Of a stretch of 64,000 nt of DNA, positions 37,375 to 50,200 are shown piece after piece. The DNA is from Selaginella moellendorffii. Its lineage: Eukaryota > Plantae > Lycopodiophyta. The stretch lies in NCBI RefSeq assembly GCF_000143415.4, contig NW_003314422.1:63956-127955 (forward strand), written 5' to 3'. The translations under genes were made by a program, and so were the position numbers. The notes beneath the pieces were generated by a model. It was not told the origin of the DNA and made no database searches. It was given only the letters and a program-made list of their open reading frames with translations. Each line of letters starts with the position of its first letter. Within the stretch, counting starts at the first letter, position 1.

Positions 37375-39909
37375 CTGTTCAGAAATGCACAACAATTAGA
37401 GCTGACAGATGAAAAGCTAGCAGCTGGAAATAACGTAAGGCCACACGCCATTCACCACTGCATCAGATGTCTTGAGGCTGCATCCTAAGATGGCGTGAGG
37501 CTACACGCCATTTGTAACCGGACTGCACTCGAGAGCCCAATCGGTGCATGCCAATGTTGCTACTGAATGGCATGTGGCCTCATGCCATTTTCTACTTGGC
37601 CTAAAAGACTTACCATTTGAAGCCGAATGGAGGCCGTGACAATCGAGGCCGGACTCGCTGGCGAATGTGCACTGTGTGTGCAACAGATCGTAGCAGCAAG
37701 GCTACTCTGCCACTTACAGTTGGAGAGTGGTGTTGAAATCTCCCGGGACGCCAAGTGGGCTGCGTGTGGGTGGCGGAGTGGGCGGCGGAGTTGGCGGCGA
37801 AGTTACAAACTGGGTGTGTTTTGAAGTGGACACCGATGCACATGAGCACGATGCGAGCGCGAGTGTGATGCAAGCGCGAGTGGACGCCGATGCACACGAG
37901 AAACCTGTAGAGAAGGTAGATGAGCGCGAATGTGAGTGTGATTGCGAGTGGGAGCGCGATGCGAGTGCGAGTACGATGCAAAATGCAAAACCTAACCTCA
38001 CACGCGCGAAATGTCACGACGGTTGGTAATCCCGCCACGTCATCATTCCTCGGACTTGGGTGCCACCATTAATTTCTGGATCGCCGCGCGCATGCATGCA
38101 CGTGAAATCCAAAAGAAATCCGCAACGTCATCATTCCTCGGACTGCATGCACGCGAAATCCAAAAGAAAGATCATGATTGGGATATCATTTAATACCCTC
38201 GCTATATTTATACCATGCATGATTGGATATTCCAAAGCATCTTGTATTTCCACGCGAGATTTTTTTGAGTTTTCTGGAGATCCAACCGTTAGATCGCAAC
38301 TAGATTTTACAGAATGGTATACAATGTCTTTCTTGATGACCCTGCAAAGAAGCATCTCGATCAGACACCACATGAGACCACACAAGCCTTACAATGTTTC
38401 AGGGGCATTTGCCATAGATCCGACCGTTATTTTGCTCCAAGATTTTACAGTTTGGTGTGAATTGACCTTTCCATCGACACTGCAAAGGGACATCACAATC
38501 AGATGTGGGATCACAAGAAACTAACTTCACTAACTCTGGTTTCACCAAGATCTACATAAGGAGTTATGAAATGAAAGGACCCTCTCTATTGAAATGTGTT
38601 TATGGTCCTAGGGGCATTGTGACATATCAAAGGATTTTGCATCAAGTTCTGTATTTGCATGTTTATCAAGCTACTGAATTGCTAAATCCTAAACCCTAAA
38701 CATGTGGCAAATGCTGCGTGAAGAAAGATGCCCTTTCTAGGCAAATGCTGTAAGAGGCAGATGCCGAGCAGATGTATCTCAGGCTAGCGAAGGGGACAAA
38801 CGAAAGTTAGCTATAAACATGACGGGATGCAAATAGATTACTAGGCTGGTCCTGCGAAAATCAAAAACCATAATTGAAAACATTGAAAATGCAAAAAGAA
38901 AGGTTTATAATATTTTTGAATTTTAAGCAACCAAAGGAATGTAAGTAGGGCATGTGTTTGTAAGTTTAAAAATGCCTCAACCACTTAAATTCCCAAGTAA
39001 ATAAAGCTGTTTCTATTTTTGGTACAGGTAAACTTTATAGCGTGTGGGCTCATGCAATTTTGAACCCAAAAATGCACCAAAAAATGCTCGACTAGCATTA
39101 TTCTTTGAATGGCGTGTGGCCTTATATTGCCATAAATGGACGTACACACACAGCATAATTATTCCTTTACACGGCGAATAATCTTGGTGCGGATCGCTGA
39201 CATGGCATGGCAAAGTTCGAATCACTGACATGGCACAGCTGGATCGAGGCAAGGACATGATGTGACAAAGTTCAACCTCCGACAGTAAAGTCTAGAAGCT
39301 ACTCAGTTTGAAATTTGTCAAAGGAATCATAAGATCTGGTTTGTCAGAGGATTTGATGTGACGTTCAAGCGTGTGTTATTTTTGAATTCTCGAACTCATT
39401 CCTAGGTCTATCATTTTTGTGCGCCGCGTTCTTGGTTCCGCTGAGCGCAGTGAGCGCTGCTTGTGTAAGCGGCGTTGTGAGCTGTGGTTTATGCGTCTAT
39501 GAGCGGTTGAGGCATTGCGAGCGCCATTGCGAGTGGCAGTTTGTGCGAGCGGCGCTACGAGCAGTTGCGGTGTTGCGAGCGGCACTACAAGTAGTTGCGG
39601 TGTTGCGAGCGGCACTGTCTTTGGTGTGGCTACCGCTTCCTCTTGATATTCGGCACTTGTGCTTCCTGGTATGTTCACCATGGAATGGCTTAGGACCACA
39701 TTTAGAAATGGCATGAGGCCACATGCCATCTTGGGCCCTTGCAATTTCATGGCTAACGTATTGTCATGTATGTTTTTACTTGCCTGCAGCTGTGTGTATA
39801 TCAAGATGGCATGAGGCCTCATGCTATTGAGGTTGTTTGGTATGTTATGATTTAGGCCATTCTCCAATCATTTTTTGTATGGTCTTAACTTCTTTTCTAC
39901 ACTTTCAGA

Positions 39910-42808
39910 ATGGCCTCCGCAAGTGCGACGCATGTTCCTTCCGTGGATCTTAAGAACCGTGCTACATGGATTCAGGCAAAGGTGTTTCTAAACAACCCCG
40001 AGGGGGAGGTGGTAGCTGAGGGTTTAGCCACAGTTGTCGATCCAAGAGATGCGGTTGCTAATCAAGAATTGGGCTGGGATGATATTGGAGTTGCGATTTT
40101 AGAGGTTGTTGACACAGAAGAAAACAGTCTGACTATTGGAAGCATTGTGCGGTGGAAATTGAGGCACTTAGTGTTTGAGAATGTGAAGGATTCACAATCA
40201 AACACCACTACAACTGATGACAGAACATCTCTTCATGGGAAAAGAAAGTACACCTTCCTAAAGCGCAGCCAAAGGGATCTGAGCAACGAACCGAAAAGGC
40301 AGAAAATGGCGATGGAGGTTCGAATGGTCTCGACAGTTGCTTGTTGCAAGAGGAGGTGCTGTCAACATGTTGATTGGGATGCTATTGAAGAGGAGAGAGC
40401 AAGATACAAGACATTGTAGTGGAAGGTAGCTCGCAATTTTGTGTATGAGGCATTACGGTCATCTGTTGATGCTTCAGAACATCAGGTGGGGGGCATGGTC
40501 TTCCAGAGGGGTTTGGTCTGCATGAAGGCATGGAGAATCATTTATGGAGTCCCTCGAACCACATTCTACAGAATCAAAACTGAGTTCGAGGAACAAAGGG
40601 TTCAACAGGCAGTCCATGGGAACGACGGTACTCACAAAACTAGGGGTTATGTTGTATATGGAGAGGCAATCTTCAAGAGGTTTGTCGAGACATGTAGCGA
40701 GCAACAACCACATAAAACCCGCCTCTTGGAAGATGGAACTCGAGACACCCAACGAGTTCTCCCTTCCATGTATACCAAGGGGGCCATATTGGAAGATGTG
40801 AATCGGGAACTCCAGAGTAATGGCTACAGGAAGCTGAGCCAATCTTGATTTAGTAGATTGTGGAGCAACAGGTTCAGGGATGTGAGTATAGGAAAGTACT
40901 CCAGCTTTTCAAAGTGTGACGAGTGCACTGCTATCAAAATGGCTTTGTCGAAGAATTCTTGCATCGCTCAAGAGCGAGAGACGTTGGTTAGAAGGCGGCT
41001 CGACCACAACATCGAGCAGAGAAGCTGCAGGACTGCATATTATCATAACAGGATTCTCTCCATGGAGAGACCTGACTCTTACCTCTGCATCATCCACGAC
41101 AAAATGGACCAGAAAAAGACGTGCTTACCTCGACTCAATCCTGCCCCCAAGGCAATCTCTTCATCCATGCAGCTGCCTGTGTCTCTGTTTGGCATAATCG
41201 CTCATGGGCATGGTGCCCAGAACTATGGGAACTTCTTTGTACCTCTATGGCGTGGCGGCGGTGCAAACATGATGATTGCGTCCCTAGCAAAACACTTAAG
41301 GTCTCTGCAAAGTGTGCAGACTGAGCTGAACGGCCAACCCTTGCATAAGGCCCTTGTCGATCGAACCCCATACAGGGTTCAGCTGGAGGAGGAGCAAAGG
41401 CTTGCAGTATCGAGTGTGGCCCCATGCCATCCCAGTGAATATGTTGGCCCTCAGATTGTAGGGTTATCACGTGAGGCCTCATGCCATTCCGACGAGGCTG
41501 GTCGCCCGGTGAATGCACAGCCTCATCCAAATGAAGCAGAATCTCAAGGAAGTTCTTGCGGCCGATGTGGCCTTCCACCCCATCTTCTGCTCCAAACAGA
41601 CAATGCTGGCAGTGAGAACAAAAACACGTACGTCTTTGCGTACTTGGCGATGCTTGTTGCCAAAGGCATATTTGAAACGGTTACACTTGGCTTTCTCATG
41701 GTTGGGCACACTCATGAAGACGTCGATGCCATGTTCAGTCACCTGGCAGAGTCCCTCCGACGATCCAATGTCCTCACCCGCCCACAACTTTACGATGAAT
41801 TCCAAAATTGCATCAAAGGCACTGTTGAAGCTGCACTTGTGACAGAGGTTCCAGACTTTAAGGGGTTTGTAAGAGGCTACATCAGGGACGGATCCGAAAC
41901 GCTGATTGGCCACTCCAAGCCTCTTCAGTTTCATTTCAGCATGCGTGACGGTGCTCAAGTGATGAGGTACAAGATGAGAGAATGGGACACAGTGTGGCTG
42001 CTAGTGGACGGCATTGAACTCTTCAAGAGAGATCCCATAACTGGGGAACCTATGATTCCTCAGGGTCCCCCACGGCCGATGCACCCGGATGGACTCAAAG
42101 ACCAAGAAAGTATAGTGGCCGAGATTAGACAGCATATTGCCTTCTGGAAGAGGGGGTTGGTGTTTGGTGGAGAATCCTATTTTCAGAGGTGCAAGACTTT
42201 GATCGAATACTGGGAGAAGATTATATCTGCTATCCAAAATGGGCCGGTTGTATATGAAGATTTGGAAGAGTCCTTTTGGCCAGAACCCAGAGCACTAGAT
42301 AGTAGCGGAACAATGTCCTCTGGAAATGCAGTGACAGATAACGATGTTGAGGATCACTATTGTGGGCCGAGGAACAAGAAGCCGGATTCAGCATTCAATC
42401 CAGTATAGGTCTGCAAAGGAATGGTCGTACTTGTCAGACCCAGTAATAAAAAACAAATGATATGGGTGGGGCGCTGCATCACTGATGCAGAGGAGGACGC
42501 GGAAACTAACTCCTTCAATGTAACTGTGGAGTGGTTCAAGCCAAGTTCCGGATATACGAAGGATTGCCTAGAAAAGAGATGGGTGCTGAATCCAAGGGAT
42601 CCCAATATGAGCATATCGGTGGATAATGTTGTGCATGGTTGGATGCGGAAGCAGAGTGCCACCATCACCTTGCCAGACCATGCAAGAGATGCAGCAAGAG
42701 CATTCATAACCCAGGTTCAAGGTGAGATTCATTAATATTCCTTTACTAAGTTTCTAATGTATTTTATTTCAAGGTGAACAATCCGAATCTGAATCAGAGG
42801 AGGCGTGA
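39910..42808 (+). pseudogene. Sola-related DDD transposase (GHTHEDxD family), one reading frame broken by three in-frame stops
   Basis: ORFs 39910, 40441, 40858 and 42421 share one frame (stops at 40417, 40846, 42406). Motifs FSKCDEC, IIHDKMDQ, LQTDNAGSENKN, FLMVGHTHEDVDAMFS. Probable last intron 42722-42773. Confidence 0.8.
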
Positions 42809-43015
42809 TGGCATGTGGCCTGAGATGATGTGACATATGCATTTACCAATCACATGTGCATAAATCTAATAATATGGCGTGTGGCCCATATTAATGGCAC
42901 ATAAACCCATATTGTGGGCTTACGTGCTTTATGTACCATCATTCCCTTGCAGCGTGTGTGTTGGTTTCCTTTTATAACACAACGAACTCCATATTTTAGG
43001 GTGAAGAGCGTTTTC

Positions 43016-43273
43016 ATGGCAAGCACAAAATCTATAAGTGAGGCAGAAAAGGAGACGGAGAAGGAGATAGGTGAAGATGTAGAATATATAAGTCTTCCAA
43101 ACTCTCCGTACTATACTCCAGGTGATCATTTTTCTGAACAAACGGCAATATTAACAACTATCGAGAACGCCCCAGTAATGTCAGAGACAACAATCCAAAG
43201 CAAAACAACTGACCCGGAGAAGGATGATAGTACTGCTGAGAGTACCAAAAAGGAGGTGTCCACTAGCGCTTAG
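43016..43273 (+). CDS. Possible short acidic ORF inside the TIR element
   Basis: MASTKSISEAEKETEKE... preceded by an AG acceptor-like site; no homology recognised. Confidence 0.25.
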   Translation: MASTKSISEAEKETEKEIGEDVEYISLPNSPYYTPGDHFSEQTAILTTIENAPVMSETTIQSKTTDPEKDDSTAESTKKEVSTSA

Positions 43274-46200
43274 GCTTATAATGGCGTGTGCCCTCATGCC
43301 ATTTACTTGATCACCAAATACCTTTTTCCCTTTGCACTAGTATATCTTAATACCGGTCTGAGAAATAGAATAGCATGTGCCCTCAAGCCTTTTACTAAAT
43401 CACCTTTGACAGAAATGCAAGCCTCTATGTCGTAAAAAAAAGGTACTAGAGAAATTCCTTAATAATATGAATGTTATTTAGTTTCATGAAAATACACTAA
43501 GGGTCAAAGGAGTTAAATGACTTCTCCAGACTAGCAATGCCTCTTGCTACACCTTCACAATTAGATTCGTTAGAAAAAGATAACATTGAATAATATCTAA
43601 ATGTTCTCACCATTAAGTTATATGTCTGGCTAATAGGAATGACGTTCATCTTGGAAAGCTCACCACACACTCAATGAACAAACAAATAATGTGTGCGCAC
43701 ATGCCATCACTCTTCTTTAGCTTCAGATTCGGCTTGTTCACCTTGACAATGAGATTTATTATACAACCAGATGGACTCAGTCTGGACACAAAGTCATCGC
43801 GCTAGTCACCATGCCCCAGATATGTCTAGCCCCTGGACAAAAAACATATAATTTCACGTCATTTTCAAATACTTGAAAATTTGTACCTATTCCCATTTTA
43901 CTGAATAAATCCCACTTTAACGAAATAGAGCATACCTTTATCAATACCATTTAGTTATGTTTCGTTTATAGTATTGGATTTCTTTGAGTCTTGGATGTGG
44001 TGAATCAGTCCTTGATGAAGTGTTATTTGTAACTAAGTTTTGTTAAAGGATTGGTCTCGGATGCTGGGTAAAGTATCTTCAACCTTGGTTAGCTTAGTTG
44101 CTGGAAAGTTTTGAGTGATGATTCACTCTTGCCTTCTTGTAGCTTTATTCTGATGTTAATGGCATTGAAGTGATGCTTTGTCGTTGACATTATTGGTGTT
44201 GAGATTCAAGTGAGATGAGATGTCTCTCTGTAGGATTGATATTGAGTCTCATTAATCTCGATGCAATTAGTGTTGATGCTTGAGCTATAGTTTTATGTTA
44301 TTGGCATTTATGCATTTGCTAGTTAGCAACTGTATTGACGTTCAAACGAACTGAGTGGCAAGTTTGAGTTAGTTGTGTTCTAGACGAGATTATTTAGTAA
44401 GGGTTGAGCTTTGGCTTTTCCTTAAAAAGTGATTCAATCGTGGACTATACTAGCTTTACGAGAGGAAGAGTTAGTGATCGATATTAGAATGTTTGAATCC
44501 TTATTGGATTTGAGTTGGAATATATCGATTATGGATGATTCTTTTTGTGCTTGTTATGAAGTGAGTTACATCTTGCTAAAGATAGATTCATAGAGGATTG
44601 TTTAATAATCACTTGTTGAGCATAACTTCATTGTGTTTGGCTTTTGGATTGATGCAAATATGCTCTTCATTAGCTTTGGCATTATGAAGTTTAGATTATG
44701 AATGTGTTGAAGAGAATATTGTGGGTTATATCATGATTTCTTCTTTAGCATTGAAGTTAGTTCCTACAAGACTTGTGATCATTATTAGGCAAGACTTAGT
44801 TATATGCTTCTTTAAGCTTTTGGTTCTTTGAGTTTTGTGCTTATTGTTTCATTTGTTAAAAGATATTGGGGAAGACATTTTGGCTCATTCGCTTCAATGT
44901 TGAAGTTGGCTTTTGCATTTAGCAATTATTGGTGATGATTGACTATCATCTAGGATAATTGATTATCCTTGTTAGAGGTTTACTTGATTGTTGTTGATAT
45001 AGAATGACTCGTTGTTCTTTGGGATGGTGGATTCTTTCATTGATAATGATTATGCATCTCTTTCTTGATGGGATGATTGATGATCTTTTATGATAGTTTG
45101 CTGTTCTCTTTGATGGCTTATGGCTTTTCGCAATATCACATGTACTTTGTGGTTTGCTTTGGATTGGTCTCTTGGGTTTGAGACATTAGTAGGATGTTGC
45201 TGACACTTGCTTGAGCAACTCTGGTTCCTTAGTATTATTGACTGGGATCTATTCAGATTGGCTTCTATGATAGTTAGCATAAATGGGTGTTTGTTGGTCT
45301 TACTGCATTCATTTTGTTTTGTTGATTATTGCTCGAGTTAGTTTTGAAAGGTTGGGATGTTATTTCTTTTGGGTGATACATTCATGAGCAATGTGTTTGT
45401 CAGTCAATGATACTTTGTGTTCTTTGAGTTATCTTTAGTAAGTTGGTTGGAATACTGTCTGCCATCTTTAGTACTTAAGTTTTATCATTGAGTTTTTTTT
45501 ATGATATGCTAGCTATTGAATTTTGTTGGATGGTGAATTCTATATTTTCCAATGATAGTGATCTTGGTGGTTCCTATCCACTAATATTGGTTTATCGGAT
45601 GATAACTTACTTGGAATACTTTCGTATTCTAATGTAACATATATTTGCTGATAATTAAGTCTCTAAGATATCATTGTCTATGACTTTGATATTGTCCATC
45701 TATTGATCTTTAAGTTTAGGCCAGTATAGGCAGACTGACTTTGACACTTCATGTGCATGGTGAAATCTCTAATCATGGGGTAGCTACTATCAACTAGTCA
45801 CATAACCCGCCTCTTTGTCGATGTTCCTTATTCTGTTAAAAGGGCGTGACCGTGTAAACAACTCTAACTACCTGTTTACAGTAGTGTATCTAAAACTTAT
45901 CAACGGGTTTAGTTTCTTTGCTCATGAGGGTTGGGGCCTTTAGCTTCTCTCTCTATGCCACATGCGGGCAGGGGCGTATCACACTTTTGTAAGTTGGGTG
46001 ACACCCAGAGCAGCAAGGGTGGCTGACTCTATTGGTCATTTCCTTGTCGGCGACGGCTGGAAGGTGTCTGAGTTAGTAGCACATCTGCGTTAGACAAAAA
46101 GGTTACCTTAACTCATTTAAGTTGGTGCATTTCTCATATAGTGTGAATACTGTGAACTTTTTCTGGAGTTGTTTCCTTGGCAGTATTCTAGACTCGAGTG

Positions 46201-47242
46201 TGCATCGATGAGGATGTCGATCTTCCCTAGGGGGGGAGAGTGTCGCGAATGTGACTTCGAGTATCGAAAGTTATCTGTCGGCTAGTCCTTACAGACTCTC
46301 TTTCCTTACTGCCACGATGGCAAGAGGTCAGTATTGCTGGACCCATTATCAGTCTCCGCCTAAGCTAGTTGAGAAACTAGTCTTCATGTGTGCACTTGAC
46401 CAGATGAGCATAAGGAAGGAATTCCTAAGTGTGTATTTAGTCAAACATACTTGACTTGGTTAGAGAAACTCATTCGTTGACTTGCACTTGCTAGTGCTGG
46501 AAACCCCCACGATATTGAGTTTGGTCCCTCAATATTCGCTAAATGATAGCTTACCGTGTTTGCCAAACACCCTCGCTATCATGCCCTTAGCGTTAGTCTC
46601 AATTCGGTCCTAAATGCTATTTATGGAAAGTGTCTAGATTTGCTCATTTGGCATATAAATAGAATATAGAGATCAGCCTGAACACAATGGCGTTCATCCT
46701 GTGTCCAAATTCACAATCTGGCGCCATTCCATAATTCCATATTTAGTAAGCTTCGAACTTGTCCCAGAGACTAACTCCTGATACTAAGGGAGGCTTGGGG
46801 TGAAAGCCCAAAGCGTGTGTTCTTCAAGGGGGGGGGGGGGGGGGGGGGCGGGGGGTTGTGGGGGGTTCCAAATGTATAGTAGGGAGATAGTGGGTAGGTT
46901 GGGTATGGCCGACCAACATGAGGCATAGTTTAACTCCCGCTTGCGTGTTTATCCTTGTTCTGCGTTCGGCTTGGGTTTAAGCCCAAGTTCCATTCCATGC
47001 TAGCTGGTGGAGTACCCATATCCTCACGTTAGGCCACCGGTTTGCCGAAATAGCACTAGACTCTGTTTGGCTCCGTTTTGTGTGCTGGTCTTAGTATTGG
47101 GATGCTGGTTGCTCCAGGACTATTCCAAGTCGCTCTGGGCTCCTGTCCCTTTGCTCCTTGGGCTGTAGTTGCTCCATGGTCCGGTTCCATCACTCCTTGG
47201 CTCCATGCTTAGGAGTTTGGCACCATTCCTTCATTCAGTGGC

Positions 47243-50200
47243 CCAAGATGGACTCGAGATAGACCCGAGATGGAGTCCGAGATGGACCCGAGATGGAGTC
47301 CAAAATGGAGTCTGAGATTGACCCGAGATGGAGTCCAAGATGGACCCAAAATGGAGTTTGAGATGGACCCGAGATGGAGTCTGAGATGCGACTAAGATAG
47401 AGTCCGAGTCCGAATACTAATACAGGCTGTTGAGTGAAAGCCCAAAGCGATCATCCCCCAAGGGGGGGGGGGGGGGGGCAAGGCGGCTGTGGGGGGTTCA
47501 AAGTGTGGGGGTTGGATCCCAGTGGAGCCAATTTGGCCAAGAAAGGCCAGTTTTGCCCAGGAAGGCCATACCCAACTATTGGGTGATGGGATGACCACTG
47601 GGAAGTCCAAAGCTAGAGTGAATATAGACCGACAAGCAGGGTAGCTTGGTGAAGTGTTCAAGAGCCGGCTCTAGTTCCCCCAGGAGACCGAATGGTAGAT
47701 GCTCCCAGTCCAAGCGTACTACCTACTTGGATACCTGACATGGCTTAACGAAACCTCGCTCTAAGCCCATGGCTAAAGCACCCAAAGGCAAAAGGTAGGG
47801 AGAGTACCCACAAGGCTCGTGTAGGGCCACGGTGTTTCGAAATGTTGTCCTAAAGGCCTAGACTGTGCAAAGGAAGAGGAGCAGTTCTCTGGTGTAGTGA
47901 CCAAAGATACAATTGTGTGGTGAGGAAGTCCTAGAGGACTGTGGGACTTAGTGGTCGGGCTTGTGGGCCTTGATCCAGTGGCAGTGTTGGCGAACATGGC
48001 CATGGACAAAAAGGGACTTGATGGGGACTGGAAAAGAGATATTAGGGAAGGCTATTCCCCATGTCTACGGGCATTCTAAGGATGTTAAGGAGTGGATTTG
48101 GGGTGATCACTCATGGACGGATGGCCCAGTCTTTGAGAGACAGGACTGCGATGTAGGTGGTGTGGGACCACCGGTGAGACCAAGGTGAATGGGCATGACC
48201 TTAGTGTAATATGCTGATATGTCGGTGGTATCTTGGGGTGTCGGTCATGGGATCGGACACATGGAGCACTTGGACCAAGTGCAAAGGTTGAGTGCCATGG
48301 ATGTCATTCTCGGGGTTATCAATCCTCAAGTCTTGAATTGGACTTATGGAGGTTGTGAATGAGACTCCTTCAAGTGGTTAAAGATGTGGTTAAATGACTA
48401 AAGTAGAATGGAAAAATTAGTCACTTACAATTTGGTATCAGAGCTGTTCCTTAGTCTGACTTTTATTTGTGGCCAAGTATATCACCACTTGTATTGGAAT
48501 TGGAAGGTCCTGGGTATGGACCTATTTTTGAAGAGTAGCATGTCGAGAGGACATGGCTCTCCACTCAAGTTCATGCGTGAACTTATGGGCAATGTGGTGG
48601 ATAGAAAAGGGGCTAGTAAGGGAATGACTTTGGGATCTTGGGAATAATATAAAGGTTTCCTCAGAGAGTTAAGGATGTGATCTAGATAAGTGTTTGACTC
48701 AGCAAATTGGCTAATGTAGTTATGGTAAATAACTATAGTTGGGATCACGGGAAAGATAGAGACTCCAAAATAATAAAGGAGTCACAAGATTATCCTCATA
48801 TAATTGAGGTTGGTGTTCATGAATTTGAGACCAAAATTAATGATTGTAGGAGGTCAAATACGGAAGAGAACACAAGTCCTTGAAATGGCAGTCGGGGCTA
48901 CCTTTAATAAATGCTGGAACAACCCAAAGAATTCGGGGTGTACTTAGAGGATGAGTTGGTATTCTCATCATATGGATAAGTAGTCCTAAGGTGCAAAAGT
49001 TGCCCTCAGAGAACAAAATCAAGTGTTGGAGTAACACTTGCAAAGATAGTCCTTGTGAATAGGATATAAACGTAAGAAGTTGTATTCCAATGAGCTGGCA
49101 CCTCAAAAGTAGTACCTTACGGGTTAGTGGATTAACCAAGTCTAAAAATGCTAGATGACTCGAGTAAAGTCAAGGAATGGTCCTAAAAGATTAATAAAAG
49201 CATTTGGACTAAGGTGTGTTGTGCCCCACGAAGGTTGGGGAGGATCATAAGATTCAAGTATGAGAACAATGAGTATCTCATGGATGGTAAAATGTGCCAT
49301 ACTAAAGTTGTGGGGAAGGTGTTCCTAGAAGAAAACAACTTGGACACAAAGTTGTGTGTAAACTCTATGATGTAGTGCTAACGGATAGTTGGCATGAGAA
49401 AGAACTGTATTGGTTTTGGCAAAGACCTAGACACAAGTAAAAAGTGTTATAAAGGTAGGCTCATGGAGCCGATGGTGTGGAAACACCAAATGTGCCAAAG
49501 TGTGATGTCTTAAGGTAAGTTGGCAGGTTCATGAGAACCCCTTCCCAAAGGAATCCTAATAAAAATGGGAATGGTATAACCTAAGTTGGAAGGCATGCAA
49601 TTGGAGTGTGGTGACCCAGATAATGATGGAGGTGTGGAAGCACCAATAATGAGTTGTAAGATTTAACAATTATGAGGCAATTAAGCAAATGGTGCAAAAT
49701 AGTCAGTTAAAATGGTAGAAGGTAACTACCCAAAACTTCCCAATGGCATAAAGAAGTTTGATATACCCTTATGGGGGATAAATTGCTTATGTTGCAATAT
49801 AATAAGTCAATGTTGTAAATAGGAATGCTCATTGTTAAAGAGGCCATCATTAGGACACTCAAACACTCTAGAACACCAAGAGGTGGTGTTTGGTGTCGCA
49901 AGGGCAATAGATAAGGCACAAAGGACTAAATCCTTAGCGAATGATGGATAAAAGATGTTATCCAAAAGTCCAAAGTTGCGAAGATGGGAGAAGACCGTCT
50001 GCTTAAATTAGATAAAACCAAAAATGAAATTTTGGCAAGGCTAGTGATAGGCATATAAAGGCCTATAAGTAGCAATATTAATTCTGATGTGTGGGATTAT
50101 AAGGTGAGCATACCTGAATTGAGGAACCACTCCCTAGGCTATTGAGTAAGTTCATCCCTAAGAATACTTATTAAGGCATGGTAGAAAGTGCAAAGCTATC
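47243..50200 (+). mobile_element. 5'-truncated LTR (family B, ends 48429), PBS and decayed internal region, interrupted by the chromovirus
   Basis: Homologous to the reverse complement of 14290-15680. Ends CTTACA at 48429; PBS TGGTATCAGAGC at 48433-48444. Confidence 0.8.

Larger units (their letters stand above)
31615..43931. mobile_element. 12.3-kb TIR DNA transposon with Sola-like transposase and a large cargo gene, nested in LTR element A
   Basis: Perfect 22-bp TIR GCTCTATTTCGTTAAAGTGGGA (31615-31636) / TCCCACTTTAACGAAATAGAGC (43910-43931). Abrupt composition change at both ends; two divergent genes inside. Confidence 0.9.
28098..47247 (+). mobile_element. LTR retroelement family A with non-coding/decayed interior (LARD-like); 5' LTR 28098-28882, 3' LTR 46241-~47247 (truncated)
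   Basis: TGTCGCGAATGTGACTTCG starts both LTRs, which are highly similar over ~430 bp. PBS TGGTATCAGAG at 28885-28895; PPT AGGGGGGGAGAG at 46229-46240. No recognisable gag/pol inside. Confidence 0.85.

Noticed and set aside
37610-38038. Overlapping low-complexity ORFs as the first exon of the cargo gene
   Set aside because: Could not link them by a convincing frame-preserving splice; the sequence is GCGAGT-type low complexity.
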